Shown: one piece after another, positions 1-13,880 of the stretch
Layout of the letters: every line of letters begins with the position of its first letter
Numbering within the stretch: position 1 is the stretch's first letter
Origin: Octopus sinensis
Lineage: Eukaryota
Assembly (NCBI RefSeq): GCF_006345805.1
Contig: NC_043002.1
Span: forward strand, 89,652,001 to 89,716,000
DNA length: 64,000 nt
Direction: 5' to 3'
Translations under genes and position numbers: made by a program
Notes under the pieces: generated by a model
What the model was told of the DNA's origin: nothing
Database searches by the model: none
The model's input: the letters and a program-made list of their open reading frames with translations, nothing else

Positions 1-215
1 TCTGAAAAAAATCGATAAATTCGACATGGGGTCGTGAATCAGAAACACAAACCACAGACTGTCTAGGGGACGCAACTCGACCTTTTTTTACTCTTAAAAA
101 AAAATTTACCATAATTTTTTTTCCATTTTTTTGCTATTTTTTTGCTATAACTCTCTAAAAATGCTTTATAGTTATTTCCCTTACAAACCAGAGCAACGCC
201 GGGCGATACTGCTAG
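1..215 (+). mobile_element. Non-autonomous Helitron, 3' part (runs off window start)
   Basis: Ends in hairpin cca/ccg-agcaacgc-cggg followed by CGATACTG-CTAG|T, the canonical Helitron 3' end. Reverse-complement homolog of 24011-24372. Confidence 0.75.
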
Positions 216-1381
216 TAAGAGATAAAAACTAATATTTCATGTAGTGTGTGGCTTCATCAAATTCCATTGATTACTTAAAACTACAGAAGTACTTTTAGCT
301 TAAAGCTACATATGATATTTCTTTAGACGTTACCCAAACAACTTTTATCTGACCAATAATTAACATTTCTTCCGATTTTCTTGATGCGTGTAAGGCGACG
401 GCGACGACGACGACTCTTTCGCCATCGGCCACAAAGATTGCAAAGAAACAATTAGGACAATAAATACAAAGACGCAGGGCGGTGAGGATTTACATAAACA
501 CGTGTGAACAATCGAAAAATCAATAATTAACAAGAATGCTGTAAAGCCCAAATCGTCCCAATACGGCGAAGTACCGCCCAGGGGTAACTAAGAAGCATCA
601 CAGATCCTTGATCACTTCTATCACCAAAGGCACTACTGGGAAGTATCCCATCTGTTCTCTTTATTCTATAGACGCTAGCTTAAAACTGGCTCCCTCGTTT
701 AGGTTCTCTTTTCTCTATGTACCTCTATATTGGGTTTGGGCTAAGAGTGTTCACTCGGGATGAAGTTGTAATTTAGGCCCTTACCTTTAATGTGATACTA
801 AAAACCGAGAACTTTTGCTTCAGTTTGAAATGACTGGTTGCCGGGGCATACCCACAACAATCTTTGATGGCTCAAGTATGCAAATGTATGATAAATATGC
901 TATTATGCTCAGCTTCTTATAAAAATTAATTGTATTTTGCTATTTTCAGTAAATTTACTGTTTCATGTTTATTCAAAAAGATCATTATCTTCTGGATCGA
1001 TGAATTAAATTCATTTTTAATATTTTAATTGCAATTCCTGTAATTAATTTTTGTAAATCTAGATATCCCGTTTCCAGGTTACTTGAATGTAGTATAGCAT
1101 TTTGAAAAGAGTCTATGATTTCTGCTAAGCTGCGATACAGAAGCGAAAGATCCACAGGCTCAACCTTGATTTAAGAAAAGAGATACCAACGTGTGACACT
1201 AACGGTGGCGTAACTAGAGTGTGTCACTCGGGGCAGCCATCGAGCGCCTCTTCCGGGCCCCAAGCCTATACAGGCTTATATCGTAGATCCAAAAGTGCCG
1301 ACCCCATTGCCCCTCCTAGCTACATTCCTGGGTACTAATAGTCAGCAAAAGCTTTAAAATCTGCATTATTTTTATCCAGTT

Positions 1382-1464
1382 ATGTACATACATACATACA
1401 TACATACATACATACATACACACATACATACATACATACATACATACATACATACATACATACA

Positions 1465-1497
<33 letters not shown>

Positions 1498-1502
1498 GTA
1501 TG

Positions 1503-1559
<57 letters not shown>

Positions 1560-1568
1560 ATATATATA
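1382..1568. repeat. (CATA)n/(TA)n compound microsatellite
   Basis: Directly visible. Confidence 0.95.
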
Positions 1569-3155
1569 CTAGTAGTATAGCCCGGCGTTGCTCGGGTTTG
1601 CTTTTTAGTAGCGTTTAGGCAGCGTTTCTACTCAGACGTAGTTCACGCTGAGCATCGTTCTCAGCAGCTCTTGCAGCTCGTGTGCAGCTGCAGCCTTTCA
1701 GTCTAAACGAAGTCTACGCTGATTATTTTTGTCTGCAGCTTGTACATCTGCATTACTCGTTGCATTTCCTTCGTTCTGATGTCAAACGTTTTCCTTATTC
1801 AGCGCAGCCTGTGGGAATGTAATTACTGAGGCATTACTGCTGCCTTGAATCGAAGTCTCGTCATCATTCTCAGTTGAATGAGAAGATGCAATGGGAACAG
1901 AATCTCCCTCCCGTCGATTCAAGCAATGCTCATTTGTGGACATAACAGCCGCATCAATCGAACTCCCCGCAATTTGAGACTCTCTACCACCCAAAAACGG
2001 TGAATGAAGTCTCCTTTTCATCATCTGTTTTCAGGTCGATTGTATTATAGCCCTCTTTTTTTTAGGCATTGTCGTGTGAAGCACGTTTAGGCAAAGTGAT
2101 GTGGCAAAAACTATATCTTAAATGCGAAGAAATTTCGAAAAGTCTACTACGTCAACTTGCAGCGCAATTTTTTAATTTTACATGTTTCCGTTAATAGTTT
2201 CATTTAATAGTTATTGGACAATTATTAAGAAAGAATGTCTCAGTTCGAAATCCATAAAAGAAGGTAGATAGTTCTTCTATAGTACCACCAAAGATAAATT
2301 TTTAGGCAGCCGTAGTTAAGTTGGTATTTAAAAAAACATTAGGAAAGTTCAAATGACTAAGCAAAATCTTCTGTCTTACGCTAATGAAACTAGTTTTTCT
2401 CACAAAAACATCGATTGAAATTGCTGAATTGTACTCAACGCTGTAGCAGTTGACGACCTTGAAAATTAGTGCATTCATGCAGCGAACATTAGGGAACAGG
2501 ATCTCCCTCCCGTCGATTGAAGCAACGCTCATCTGTGGACATAACAGCCGCATCAATTGAACTCCCCATACAAAAGCAGTTTTCGATTTATCTCCCTTGC
2601 ATCTTGTTGAAGCTCAAGTTTCGAACTGCACTGCTTTTTGATGTAAATAATTTTTGGTGTTAACATGGTCCGATATGAAATTTTTCTTCTACGGAAGGAA
2701 GAGCAAGCCTTCTTCTATCATACTCTCAATTTTGGTCAACTTGCGCCGCAGGGTCTCGGAGGAGATAGTGTTAGTTGAAATCTACCAAACCTGCCACACA
2801 CACAGAGACAACCTCAGCTTTATAATAAATAAGATAAGATATACATAAAGCCCGCCAGTTACATAGATGTATAAAGGGTGAACATTTCTATATTCTACGC
2901 TGGATACGTTGGTTGTTCATCTGGTATGTTGATTTTGTTCATTCGTTATAAATCTTGAATTATGCTTACACTGCTGAGTAAAAAGTACATTACTGTACTA
3001 ATTATGAAATCACGGTGATCTGCAGCTAAATTCTGTTTTTAAATGACTTGCTTCGAGAGTTGCATTCGGTATGATGTGTTTATTTATTTTGGTATTTTTG
3101 ACTTTAAGAATCCCTCCTAGCATGTGGCATTTATGTATAGTAATTTCCTTTATAT
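1569..3155 (-). mobile_element. Deleted/rearranged Helitron with RepHel remnants
   Basis: The minus-strand 3' end reads cccgagcaacgccggg-ctatacta-CTAG|T. Degenerate translations RAARAAENDAQRELRLSRNAA (N-terminal Helitron-type repeat) and HLNFPNVFLNT (resembles PIF1 helicase NFPTEFLNS). Confidence 0.6.
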
Positions 3156-3163
3156 AATATATA

Positions 3164-3212
<49 letters not shown>

Positions 3213-3214
3213 AT

Positions 3215-3717
3215 ATAAAACTGTAGTTGTGTGAGTGTCTGTCCCCTTCGATTTAGATTCCTAACTACTCCCACATTTTGCGGTGCAGTTTAACCAAATT
3301 CGGGTATTTTATAGTCGTGATTCATATCAAGCCCGTCTGAGTATTAGCGTGCATCTACGATGAGTCTACGATTTTAAAAATAATTTAACATCATTTTTTA
3401 TTCCATTTTAATGCATAATTTTTCGTGTGTCGATGGCGGCGGAGTTGGCGTCCATGGTCACACCTGCACCTGTTTGCTTCTCCCCCTTCTTCCCTCCCTC
3501 GTGAAGGTGTGGGGAAGGGAGTGTAAGGAAATCAACGTCGTAAAGCGTTGTCAAGGAGACCAGCGTTCTTTTAGAACAACGACTTCATGGCTTGAAGACA
3601 CCAAAACAGAAATGGCTAAGAAAGCCCGAATTGGCATCTATAAGGGAAGTAACTCTCTAAAAATGCTTATATAGTTATTTCCCTTACAAACCCGAGCAAC
3701 GCTGGGCGATACTGCTA

Positions 3718-3718
<1 letters not shown>
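3215..3718 (+). mobile_element. Non-autonomous Helitron
   Basis: The 5' end emerges from (TA)n as ...tataaaactgtagttgtgtgagtgtctgtc. The 3' hairpin plus CTAG|T matches that at 190-215. Confidence 0.7.
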
Positions 3719-3751
<33 letters not shown>

Positions 3752-4241
3752 CAAAACAAAACTTATACACGAAAAGGTTTCATAGATTGATAAATTCTGA
3801 TTATGCAGACAGAAATGGCTAAAAGAAAATAAAAAAAAAACATTGAGAAAACGACAACCTTTAAGCAGACGTAACAAAAATTTTCTCACTCAACAATAGA
3901 TCAGTAACGTCTGTAAAGATGAAAGCCAGTATTTCAGCTTTCTGATCCAGTGATAATGACTTTTTAAATTATGTCAGTTTGGTTTGGTTTATTACTTCAT
4001 TTCCTCTATGATTTTCAGACGCGATTTTACACATGTTCGCCCTTGTTATTTTCGTCTCGTCACCATTATATTTTTGTCCTTTGAATGACAAGTTTGATTG
4101 ACGTTTAACTTACTGCGTATAGACTTTTTTATATGGTAGAACGTATATCCATTAACATGGTTTCAGAAATGGGTTTTAACTATTATGTGCGTGTGGATAT
4201 AGATGTATGTGAGCGTGAATGAGTGTATGTGTATGCGTGTG

Positions 4242-4280
<39 letters not shown>

Positions 4281-4447
4281 TTAATATGTTCTTGTTTTAG
4301 CTCATCATCTTCCAGAACACCCAACTGCTAGAGCCTGCAGTCAGTTCAAAGCATTTATGTACGTCTATACATGTAGAGAATACAATAGCTCTTCTCTCAA
4401 ACTACATAATTTCTTGTCAGTAGAAGAAAAGAAAAAAAAAAGATTAA

Positions 4448-4495
<48 letters not shown>

Positions 4496-4711
4496 GCCAG
4501 AAGAAATTAATTTCTCTTCTATCTACGCAAAAGCATTCCTGGAATTACTAAGTTGTCAAAATGTTTTAGGGTCAGAGCAGTCAATTTATTCAAAATAAAT
4601 CGCCTTTCATTGATTTTGGTAACCATTGTAACTGACCTTGGCACTTTACGTTGGAACTCTCCACCTTAATATTTTACTCTTTCACTCTCCAATCTCTCAC
4701 ATAAACAGTAC

Positions 4712-4785
<74 letters not shown>

Positions 4786-5204
4786 ACATACATACATACG
4801 TACATACGTACATACACAGTATATAGCTTTCTCTCAGCATCAGTGTGGTCCCGTCTGTTACGTTCTCGTTGATGGAACTTTAATCTTTCAATATTTCTAT
4901 ATATCATCTACTTTCTGTACGTAGACCCCTCACCGACACCAACTCATTATCCGCCACTGCCCAACTTCTCTATTACGTTTCAGCTCCACACCTCCTATCA
5001 TATATACAGTTTCACACACCTTTCCCTTTTTGTTTCTTGACTATAAATTATAACTATTAATTTTTCTTGATATATCTTTCCAACGTCATCTCTCACGCCA
5101 CCATAGTCACTTTTCTTCGTCGTTATATACTTTCTAGCTACACCTTTTAGCATAGAATAGACACATCTACATTTCCCATCTTCCTTTTTAGCTCTTCCTT
5201 TCAG

Positions 5205-6400
5205 TATGCATGCCTACGTACGTACGTTCGTATGTATGTATGTATGTATGTATGTATGTATGTATGTATGAATGTATGTATGTATGTATGTATGTATGTA
5301 TGTATGTATGTATGTATGTACGTACGTACGTACGTATGTATGCATGCATGTATGTATGTATGTATGAATGTATGTATGTATGTATGTATGTACGTACTTA
5401 CGTACGTACGTACGTACGTACGTATGTACGTATGTATGTATGTATGTATGTATGTATGTATGTATGTATGTATGTATGTATGTATGTATGTATGTACGTA
5501 CGTACGTATGTATGCATGCATGTATGTATGTATGTATGAATGTATGTATGTATGTATGTATGTACGTACTTACGTACGTACGTACGTACGTATGTACGTA
5601 TGTATGTATGTATGTATGTATGTATGTATGTATGTATGTATGTATGTATGTATGTATGTATGTACGTACGTATGTATGCATGCATGTATGTATGTATGTA
5701 TGAATGTATGTATGTATGTATGTATGTATGTACGTACTTACGTACGTACGTACGTACGTATGTACGTATGTATGTATGTATGTATGTATGTATGTATGTA
5801 TGTATGTATGTATGTATATGTATGTATGTATTATGTATGTATGTATGTACGTACTTACGTACGTACGTACGTACGTACGTATGTACGTATGTATGTATGT
5901 ATGTATGTATGTATGTATGTATGTATGTATGTATGTATGTATGTATGTACGTACGTACGTATGTATGCATGCATGTATGTATGTATGTATGAATGTATGT
6001 ATGTATGTATGTATGTACGTACTTACGTACGTACGTACGTACGTATGTACGTATGTATGTATGTATGTATGTATGTATGTATGTATGTATGTATGTATGT
6101 ATGTATGTATGTATGTACGTACGTATGTATGCATGCATGTATGTATGTATGTATGAATGTATGTATGTATGTATGTATGATGTATGTATGTATGTACGTA
6201 CGTACGTACGTACGTATGTACGTATGTATGTATGTATGTATGTATGTATGTATGTATGTATGTATGTATGTATGTATGTATGTATGTATGTATGTATGTA
6301 CGTACGTATGTATGTATGTACGTATGTACGTACGTACGTACGTACGTATGTATGTATGTATGTATGTATGTATGCATGCATGCATGTATGTGTGTGTGTG
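5205..6400. repeat. 1.2-kb (GTAT)n compound satellite with higher-order repeat
   Basis: GTAT backbone with recurring GTAC, GCAT, GAAT and CTTAC variants in fixed order. Confidence 0.95.
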
Positions 6401-6908
6401 TTAGTGTTTGTATTTCTTGGTATTCGGAACGGCGTAGCTTTTGACGATATATTTAAATGAGGAATTTTAATGACTAATTTACATCGATACACTCACACAC
6501 ATACACACATATATATACATACACACAGAGAGTATATAAATATGCATAAGCATATACATATATAGCTATATCTGTATATGTCTATATGTATAAGTATATA
6601 TATAACACATACATACACACATATTTATATATCATCGTGATATTTGCATGTTTGTCTTCAAACAACGTAGCCACTTCTTAACGAATCTTTTTTCCAAATT
6701 TTTCAGGGACGTCCACATATAACCAAGAATAATGCATAAATAAAAAATTCCTGGGTCCGAGAACTCTTTTGCAGGTAAAATAAGCATACGAAAAAACAAG
6801 AGATGTAGAAAAACTGGGAGTTGTCATTGGGTAGTAATAGCAATAGGAGGGTCAGTGTGGGGTGTCACGTCAAACTATTCAAATTACTTCTTGAATCTGT
6901 CTTCAATC

Positions 6909-6970
<62 letters not shown>

Positions 6971-7084
6971 GTTCTCACTCATTTCTCATAGTGTGTATAC
7001 TAGCAAGCTCGCTTGCTATGCTACAATGGGGAAACATCTATAGAATTGATTTACCTCTTGCAAGAAGTTGCATGAACATGACGA

Positions 7085-7240
7085 ATAATTCTTTCCCGTT
7101 TCCGTACAAGGCTAGCGATTTTGTGGAGGCGAGGAAGTCGGTTACATTGATTCCAGTACTCAACTGATAGTTATTTTATTGACCCCGAAAAGATGAAAGG
7201 CAAAGTCGATCTTGATGGCATTTGAACTCAGAACTTAAGG
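7085..7240 (-). mobile_element. tRNA-derived SINE (Deu/Nin-like core), partial
   Basis: Reverse complement of ttctgagttcaaat..gccg..gtcgactttgcctttcatc..ggggtcaataaaataa. Confidence 0.7.
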
Positions 7241-7299
7241 AGTCTACTTATGAACACGGCGAATAATAGCTAATCAATGAACTTTATTAATCCTCTCAA

Positions 7300-7410
7300 A
7301 TACCGTATATGCCGGCATATAAGCCGATTGGCGTACAGGCCGAAGTGAATTTTTCTGGTGGGAGTCAAAAGCATTAGTTTTTAATATTACTGGCGTATAA
7401 GCCGAAGGTA
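7300..7410 (+). mobile_element. Tc2/pogo-type TIR remnant
   Basis: TA + CCGTATATGCCGGCATATAAGCCGA with subterminal repeat GGCGTATAAGCCGA. No partner TIR found. Confidence 0.35.
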
Positions 7411-8479
7411 TTGTATAGCAATAACCGATCAATCTCAAGATTAATTTCAGATTAAGACACCTGAACCAACTTCAACAGAATCAATGCAAATTTACAGTTA
7501 AGTGGATGAATTTATCTTCGAAATCAAGGGGAAACCCATAGAATTTCAATGACGTGATGTTGTTGTAGGGAATTACTAATAATGGTACGTCCCTCCCACG
7601 TGAAGAGTGGAATGAGATCTCCATAAATAAGGTGACGTCAGCCAGAATAGAGAGAGTGCATGTTTAGACTGCATTGATAGTCGTGTCTGTATTGTTATAG
7701 CAATCATACTGTGATACTGAGCGGACGTTATAACAATCCGATCTTTTGAGGATAATAACACTACGACTGGGGACCGTACAATGATAGATAGAAACATTCT
7801 ATCGACGACTTCAGAATATAGCAATATCTGTCAGAACGACAACTGTCGTGCAAAGACAGATACAACAGTGGCAAAAGACCGTCTTATAACACATGTAAAG
7901 CCAAATGTAGAACTACCTATTGTTGTACTGAAGTGCTATTAAAGTTATTATTAAACTAATAGCGATACCCGCGAAAATTCCATAGAACGAAAAAATTCAA
8001 GAGGAACTATTTTAAGAAAGGAAGGATGATTTGCATTTTTATTGCATATAAATCTTCTTGTGTAATAAATGGCAGAAAATTATACAGTAACAATTTATAC
8101 AATACTTAATACACATATCATTCGTTAGCATTTAATTCTGTTGGAACTGCAAGATAAATATATAATTGCATATTTCTTATTATGCAATATTTTATCATAA
8201 TTATTTTACATTATCTACAATTAATGTACACAGAACAATATAGAGAATATGCACAATGTTTTTATTTACATGATTAGTTTCAATTCTATTGCAAATTAAA
8301 AAAAAATAACATTTACGGCTATTTTTGCTAAGTCACAATAGTATATTGTATGATTTTAAAATCCCATTCACAATAATATATTAAATGATTTAAAAATGTC
8401 CCTTTGCTAAACGCTACATTTCTCCCTTTCTCTCTTTTTTACTCTCTACCCTTTTAACAAACATTTTTTTACCAAACTT

Positions 8480-8880
8480 TGGTATCAAAACCTACCACTC
8501 ACTGCGCCACGGAAGACGCTGCCAGCTGCCACCAATCAACAAAAAGGCTGGCCAGGCAGCAAAAACCCTGCGAGAATCAAGTCTGTTGGTTCGAGGAGCA
8601 CAACTGTTCAACTCCATTCCGGTACATGTCAGAAATCTATCAGGATGCAGTGTGGAATCATTCAAATTGCAACTGGATAGATACTTAAGCACCATTAGAG
8701 ATGAACCCCATCTCCCAGGATATACACAACGAGCACAAACTGACTCAAACTCGCTCCTACACATGTCAAATTTAAGCAGAGAATACAACCTGGCAACCAC
8801 ACCAGACTCTGAGGGTGGAGTCTTCGACTTGGCCTGAGCATGGACTCAAACCCAAATGAAATGAAATGAAATGAAATTAC
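8480..8880 (+). mobile_element. 3' end of a CR1/L2-group LINE
   Basis: VRGAQLFNSIPVHVRNLSGCSVESFKLQLDRYLSTIRDEP...DSNSLLH is the typical post-RT C-terminus, followed by a (GAAAT)n tail. Confidence 0.7.
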
Positions 8881-10229
8881 CATGTCATTTCCTTCTTCAA
8901 GTCGTTAACAGTTCTCTCTTTTTCTCTTCATCTCTCATTTCCACTATGTAACAACGTGGTTAGTGGAAGTGGCTATCTGCTACTCACTCACTCCCCCCTC
9001 TCTCTCTCACTCTCCGTCCCTCTGTCACTTTCACTCCATCTCTCGCTCAGTCCACCTCACCTTGTCTCTTACAAGCTAATTCACGTGTGAACAAATGAAC
9101 AAGCAGAATTATAATATAAATAAAATAAATAAAGGCGGTGAGGTGGCAAATTCGCTTACACGCCGGACAAAATACTTAATAGAAAGGATTATAAAATTAT
9201 GAATTGAATAACTAGAAATAAATATACTATCTTAAATTTAAACTGAGGTAATTATTGTCGGCATTTCAATAAATTTCAGCAAATAACTCCTTCTTGTTAT
9301 TAATAATTTATTGTAATAACAAATAAAACGTAATAATTTGTTTAGTGCCAGTGACTGAGACTTATTGTTCAACAATAACAGAGAGGAGGACTTTGAATCG
9401 GTGAGTACTACCTGGGTAGATCAAAACTAAAGACTGGGAACTTTTCTGTTTGACTGCACCAGTGGAAATTTTAAAGTTTAGTGAAAATTTTAAAATTTGG
9501 TGTATTGATATAGTTTTCCATGCTGAATCTCAGGAGATAATTCACTTTTTCCAGAAAAAAAAAAAAAAAGTTACACATGTTTAAAGTTTGATAATGTTTG
9601 CCCAGTCAGAAAACAGGGATTTGGAAGCTGTCATTTTGTGCGTGACAGCACGTATTGTCAACTGTAAATAAATGAAATATTGGTGGAATTCTGCTTTACG
9701 CGCGCCATATAACTCCTCATACCTTTTTTATTTTTTTGAATTTTCAGAAATTTTTTCCGAATTTGTATTCTACACTTGGGAATTCAAACGATTATGCAAA
9801 AGAAGAAAGAAAGAAAGCGCGTGGTTTAAGGCCTATTTAGCTGTTGTTTTTAGCACATCGTATACCGCATGTGTTTTAAGTATTTAATAAGCGACAAAAA
9901 GAACACGTGTTAAGCAGCTTGGTAACAACTTGGCTTGTTACTATGGAAACAGGCACCTATATGTCTGTGGCTTTCGTTTGGCTAAAATTACCCCAAATTT
10001 GCAAACTTTAAAAGCTATTAAGTCTTTATTGGGTTAAGGCAAAAATGAATTTCATGTCAAATTACTTTACAAAACTTCACCAATACACCAAATCTGAAAT
10101 CAATTAGAACAAAAACTGAAGAAATTGAAAAGTAGCTGCCAAGCAAAAAAGATTCAAAGATTGTACTGTGTATCGGTAATTAAACTGTGTCTTGTAATTT
10201 TAATTCCGATGTCTGTACTTATTTTAACT

Positions 10230-10298
<69 letters not shown>

Positions 10299-10354
10299 TA
10301 CATACATACATACATACATACATACATACATACATACATACATACACGAGTGTA

Positions 10355-10572
10355 TGTCTTTGTGCTTGTGCTTGTCTGCTACTACTGCTTGACAACCGGT
10401 GTTGGTGTGTTTGCATCCCCATAACTTAGCAGTTCGGCAAAAGTGGCCGATAGAATAAGTTCCAGGTTTAACAAAAAATCAGTGCTGGGGTCGATTCATT
10501 TGACTAAAAGTTCTTCAAGGCGGCTCCCAAGTATAGCCGCAGTCTAACGACTGAAATAAGTAAAGGTTAAAA
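10355..10572 (+). mobile_element. SINE (Meta-like family), 3' half
   Basis: cttgacaaccg..cggcaaaag..gaccgatagaataagt..ggggtcgatt..gactgaaa, shared with 31913-32313. Confidence 0.7.
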
Positions 10573-10611
10573 GATATGCAAGACATTTAATGCCAAGTAA
10601 TGACAGTTGTT

Positions 10612-11400
10612 CAGGAATAGTTAAATAATTGTGTCAATAGATTTGGATTGTTTACCGGAGGTTTATATATAAATAGGGTGTTCGGGCTAAATTTGACAGT
10701 CTGTATAAAAGGAAAAGAAAATACAACGCCCCCCCCCCACAAAAAATTAAATTAAAAATATCAACTAGATTATGGTTGGGAAGTAACAGTTTACTCAAAA
10801 TAGCCGCCCTCAGCTTCCACCTTAATCTCAAGACAGTTCCAGAACTTGGCGTATGCGTTTCAGCCTGTGTTCCTGGGAAAAATCTTCGAACACCTCCTTG
10901 ATTTTGTCCACCGGCTTGGCCTTGGTGCTGCAGGTAGAGCGGTTGGTGTTTTTTTGGGACCACGTCCCACACATGGTAATCTATGGGACTACAATCAGGG
11001 GAATTAGGAGGCTAGAAATTGGTGCTGGTGAAGTCATAGAAATTCTCCGACAACCACTTCTGACTCTTTCCAGAGATTTGGCAAGAAGCCGAATTCTTCC
11101 GCCACACATGTGTCCTTCCAGCGGCAACTTTCTCCAGCCAGGACTTGACCGCAGTCTCCTGCAGCTTCACAAAGCCGTCTGAATTGAGCCTAAGGCACTA
11201 TTTATCAGCTGTTGGATGAATTCCTGCATGCGGTCGCAGTTAGAACGCCTGCTGTGTCTCTTCATGCTAGCAACAACTTCGTAGTCTCCGTTGCAGTGTT
11301 CCGTTTCATGTTTTACAATCTCTGTAGTGATCATAGAGTATTGAACAGCAGTCGTGATGTTGTTATCTTGACACCCGACATGAATCCTCACGATACATTA
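10612..11400 (-). mobile_element. Internally deleted, degenerate maT (DD37D-type) Tc1/mariner element
   Basis: Minus strand LRLNSDGFVK..KVAAGRTHVW..SQKWLSENF..*PPNSPDCSPIDYHVW, homologous to 28106-28967. The N-terminal piece GDYEVVA..HSRRS..EFIQQL is fused directly to it. Confidence 0.7.
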
Positions 11401-11564
11401 ATTTTTTTTTATATATTCAGATGGCTTCCAGTCTACCATGTCAGCTAATTTTTCTTTAATTACAACTTTGGATCTTTTACTTTTGAACGGCAGATCGAGA
11501 AACTAATGTTTTGTAACTAAACACTTTCAAACTTCGGACACTGGTAGAATGTGTCATAAATAAC

Positions 11565-11730
11565 AGCATTTCGTCCGTCTGAACGTTCAAATTCCACCGA
11601 GGTTGACTTTGCCTTTTATCCCTATTGGGGTCGATAAAGTAAGTACCAGTTGAGCACTGGAGTCAATGCAATCGACTTAACTTCTCCCCAGAAATTGCTG
11701 ACCTTGTACCAAAATTTGAAACCAATATAT
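11565..11730 (+). mobile_element. SINE (Deu/Nin-like core), partial
   Basis: catttcgtccgtc..gttcaaattccaccgaggttgactttgcc..ggggtcgataaa..agtaccagttg. Confidence 0.75.
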
Positions 11731-11829
11731 GCAAATTTAAATGTGCCGCAACTAAAGAATAAACTATTTTCTGTCTTTCTTTGAATTTGAAAATGCGTGC
11801 TGGCTTTCTGAAGATATGATTTTTAAATA

Positions 11830-13030
11830 GGGAACTGTAATACCGTCTTTAAATCTTAGAAAACTTCTACACAATATTCATGGCCCAACCTCATTCCAAG
11901 ACCTTAAAACAATTGCTTGATATGTCGGTACAACATACGCAAAGATGCCCCTTGGAAAATAGTACAGACTGAAACAATATGCTGGAAGAGGCTGCAGTCT
12001 CGCACACTCCAAACAAGGCTAGGAACCTCTTTGCTATTGCTTTCTGTGACTGTTCACCTTCCAATCATAAGCAGCTTTGGAATAATCACCAGGACAGCAT
12101 GATAGAAGATATGCTGTATAAAACACAAAGGGAGTAAAAAAGAGTTTACTCCCGTCATTTAGAACACGATCCTCATTGAAAATACTGTACAGTCCATTGC
12201 TGGCAAGGATCTTGAACAGCGTGCTCTGCCAGTTCTATTACGAACTTAAGGTGCAACTCTCAGAGATTCTCGAAGCATCCTGATAGGACGTTTAGCAACT
12301 GAAACAATTTGAAGCAACCAGGTAGGACATTCAACAGCTGGAACAATATAAACATCAAAATGAACTTCCCTTGTTTACAGATAAAGTAAAAACTATACAG
12401 GGATAAAAAAAAAATGGTAACACTGGGGTCAGGATTAATAGTTTCTTGTCATGTTTCTGATAGAACAGGTTAAACTCATTGATCAAGCAAATTTTGGCAA
12501 AAGTTTATTCACTCAAACAGATTGTTATGACAGTGACCTCATTTGGAGTATTGTAACTTTGTAACTTTGCTCCTCACATGTGACTAGACTGCTCATTCTG
12601 CTTTTACGATTCTCCTCAACCCTTAACACAGCGGAAACCCTGTGTACAATATAGACAAAGGATCTGGACAAGCAGTAGTCCTGGAGCCAGCTAGCTGATA
12701 GTATGTGACGAGTTGCATTTGAGGATCTTAATTGCACCTCACAAGATCTCCGAAGTAACACCAGCATTAAGGATAGAGTCACAGTCTTGACACCTGGTGA
12801 TTTGAGGTAAACTCTATCATCCTAAAGGGTACAGCTGCTGGTGTATTGAGAGTGTAACTCAAAGAAACTTATATTTCAGCGACGATAAGAAACACTTCAT
12901 CTTTCTACCAACATAAGAGTTGCGCTTAACACAGATGAATCAGCAGCTCAGTTCGCAAAAGTTTTACTTTGGCTGAGGTCGATGGCCAACAACCCATGGA
13001 CACTGGAAGTGATGTCAAAATATACCCTTG
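11830..13030 (+). pseudogene. Decayed autonomous Helitron RepHel (PIF1 helicase region)
   Basis: RKLLHNIHGPTSFQDLKT; MLEEAAVSHTPNKARNLFAIAF..LWNNHQDSMIEDML; TAHSAF; KGSGQAVVL..CDE; GDLR*TL. These follow the Helitron helicase motif order, with many stops and frameshifts. Confidence 0.8.
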
Positions 13031-13134
13031 GTATCGACCGGACAATCAGACGTTATATTTCACTCCCGGTCACAATGCGCCACGTATTGTTTTAGCTTTC
13101 GAACAATGCCATCCCGCTTGTTATGCGGGAAGGT

Positions 13135-13880
<746 letters not shown>

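Noticed and set aside
1203-1330. Possible PIF/Harbinger MITE (cggtggcgtaactag..ctagctacattcctg)
   Set aside because: TIRs too degenerate and no matching 3-bp TSD
5201-6492. ORFs of 100-390 aa (MYVC/HTYI repeats), and similar ORFs at 13.0-14.0, 22.0-22.4, 33.0, 40.3-40.8, 42.2 and 47.7 kb
   Set aside because: They are translations of stop-free microsatellites, not genes
9470-10110. Inverted motif aaatttggtgtattg / caatacaccaaat and an RFX-like gttactatggaaac
   Set aside because: Probably subterminal motifs of an old DNA transposon; termini and TSD could not be defined
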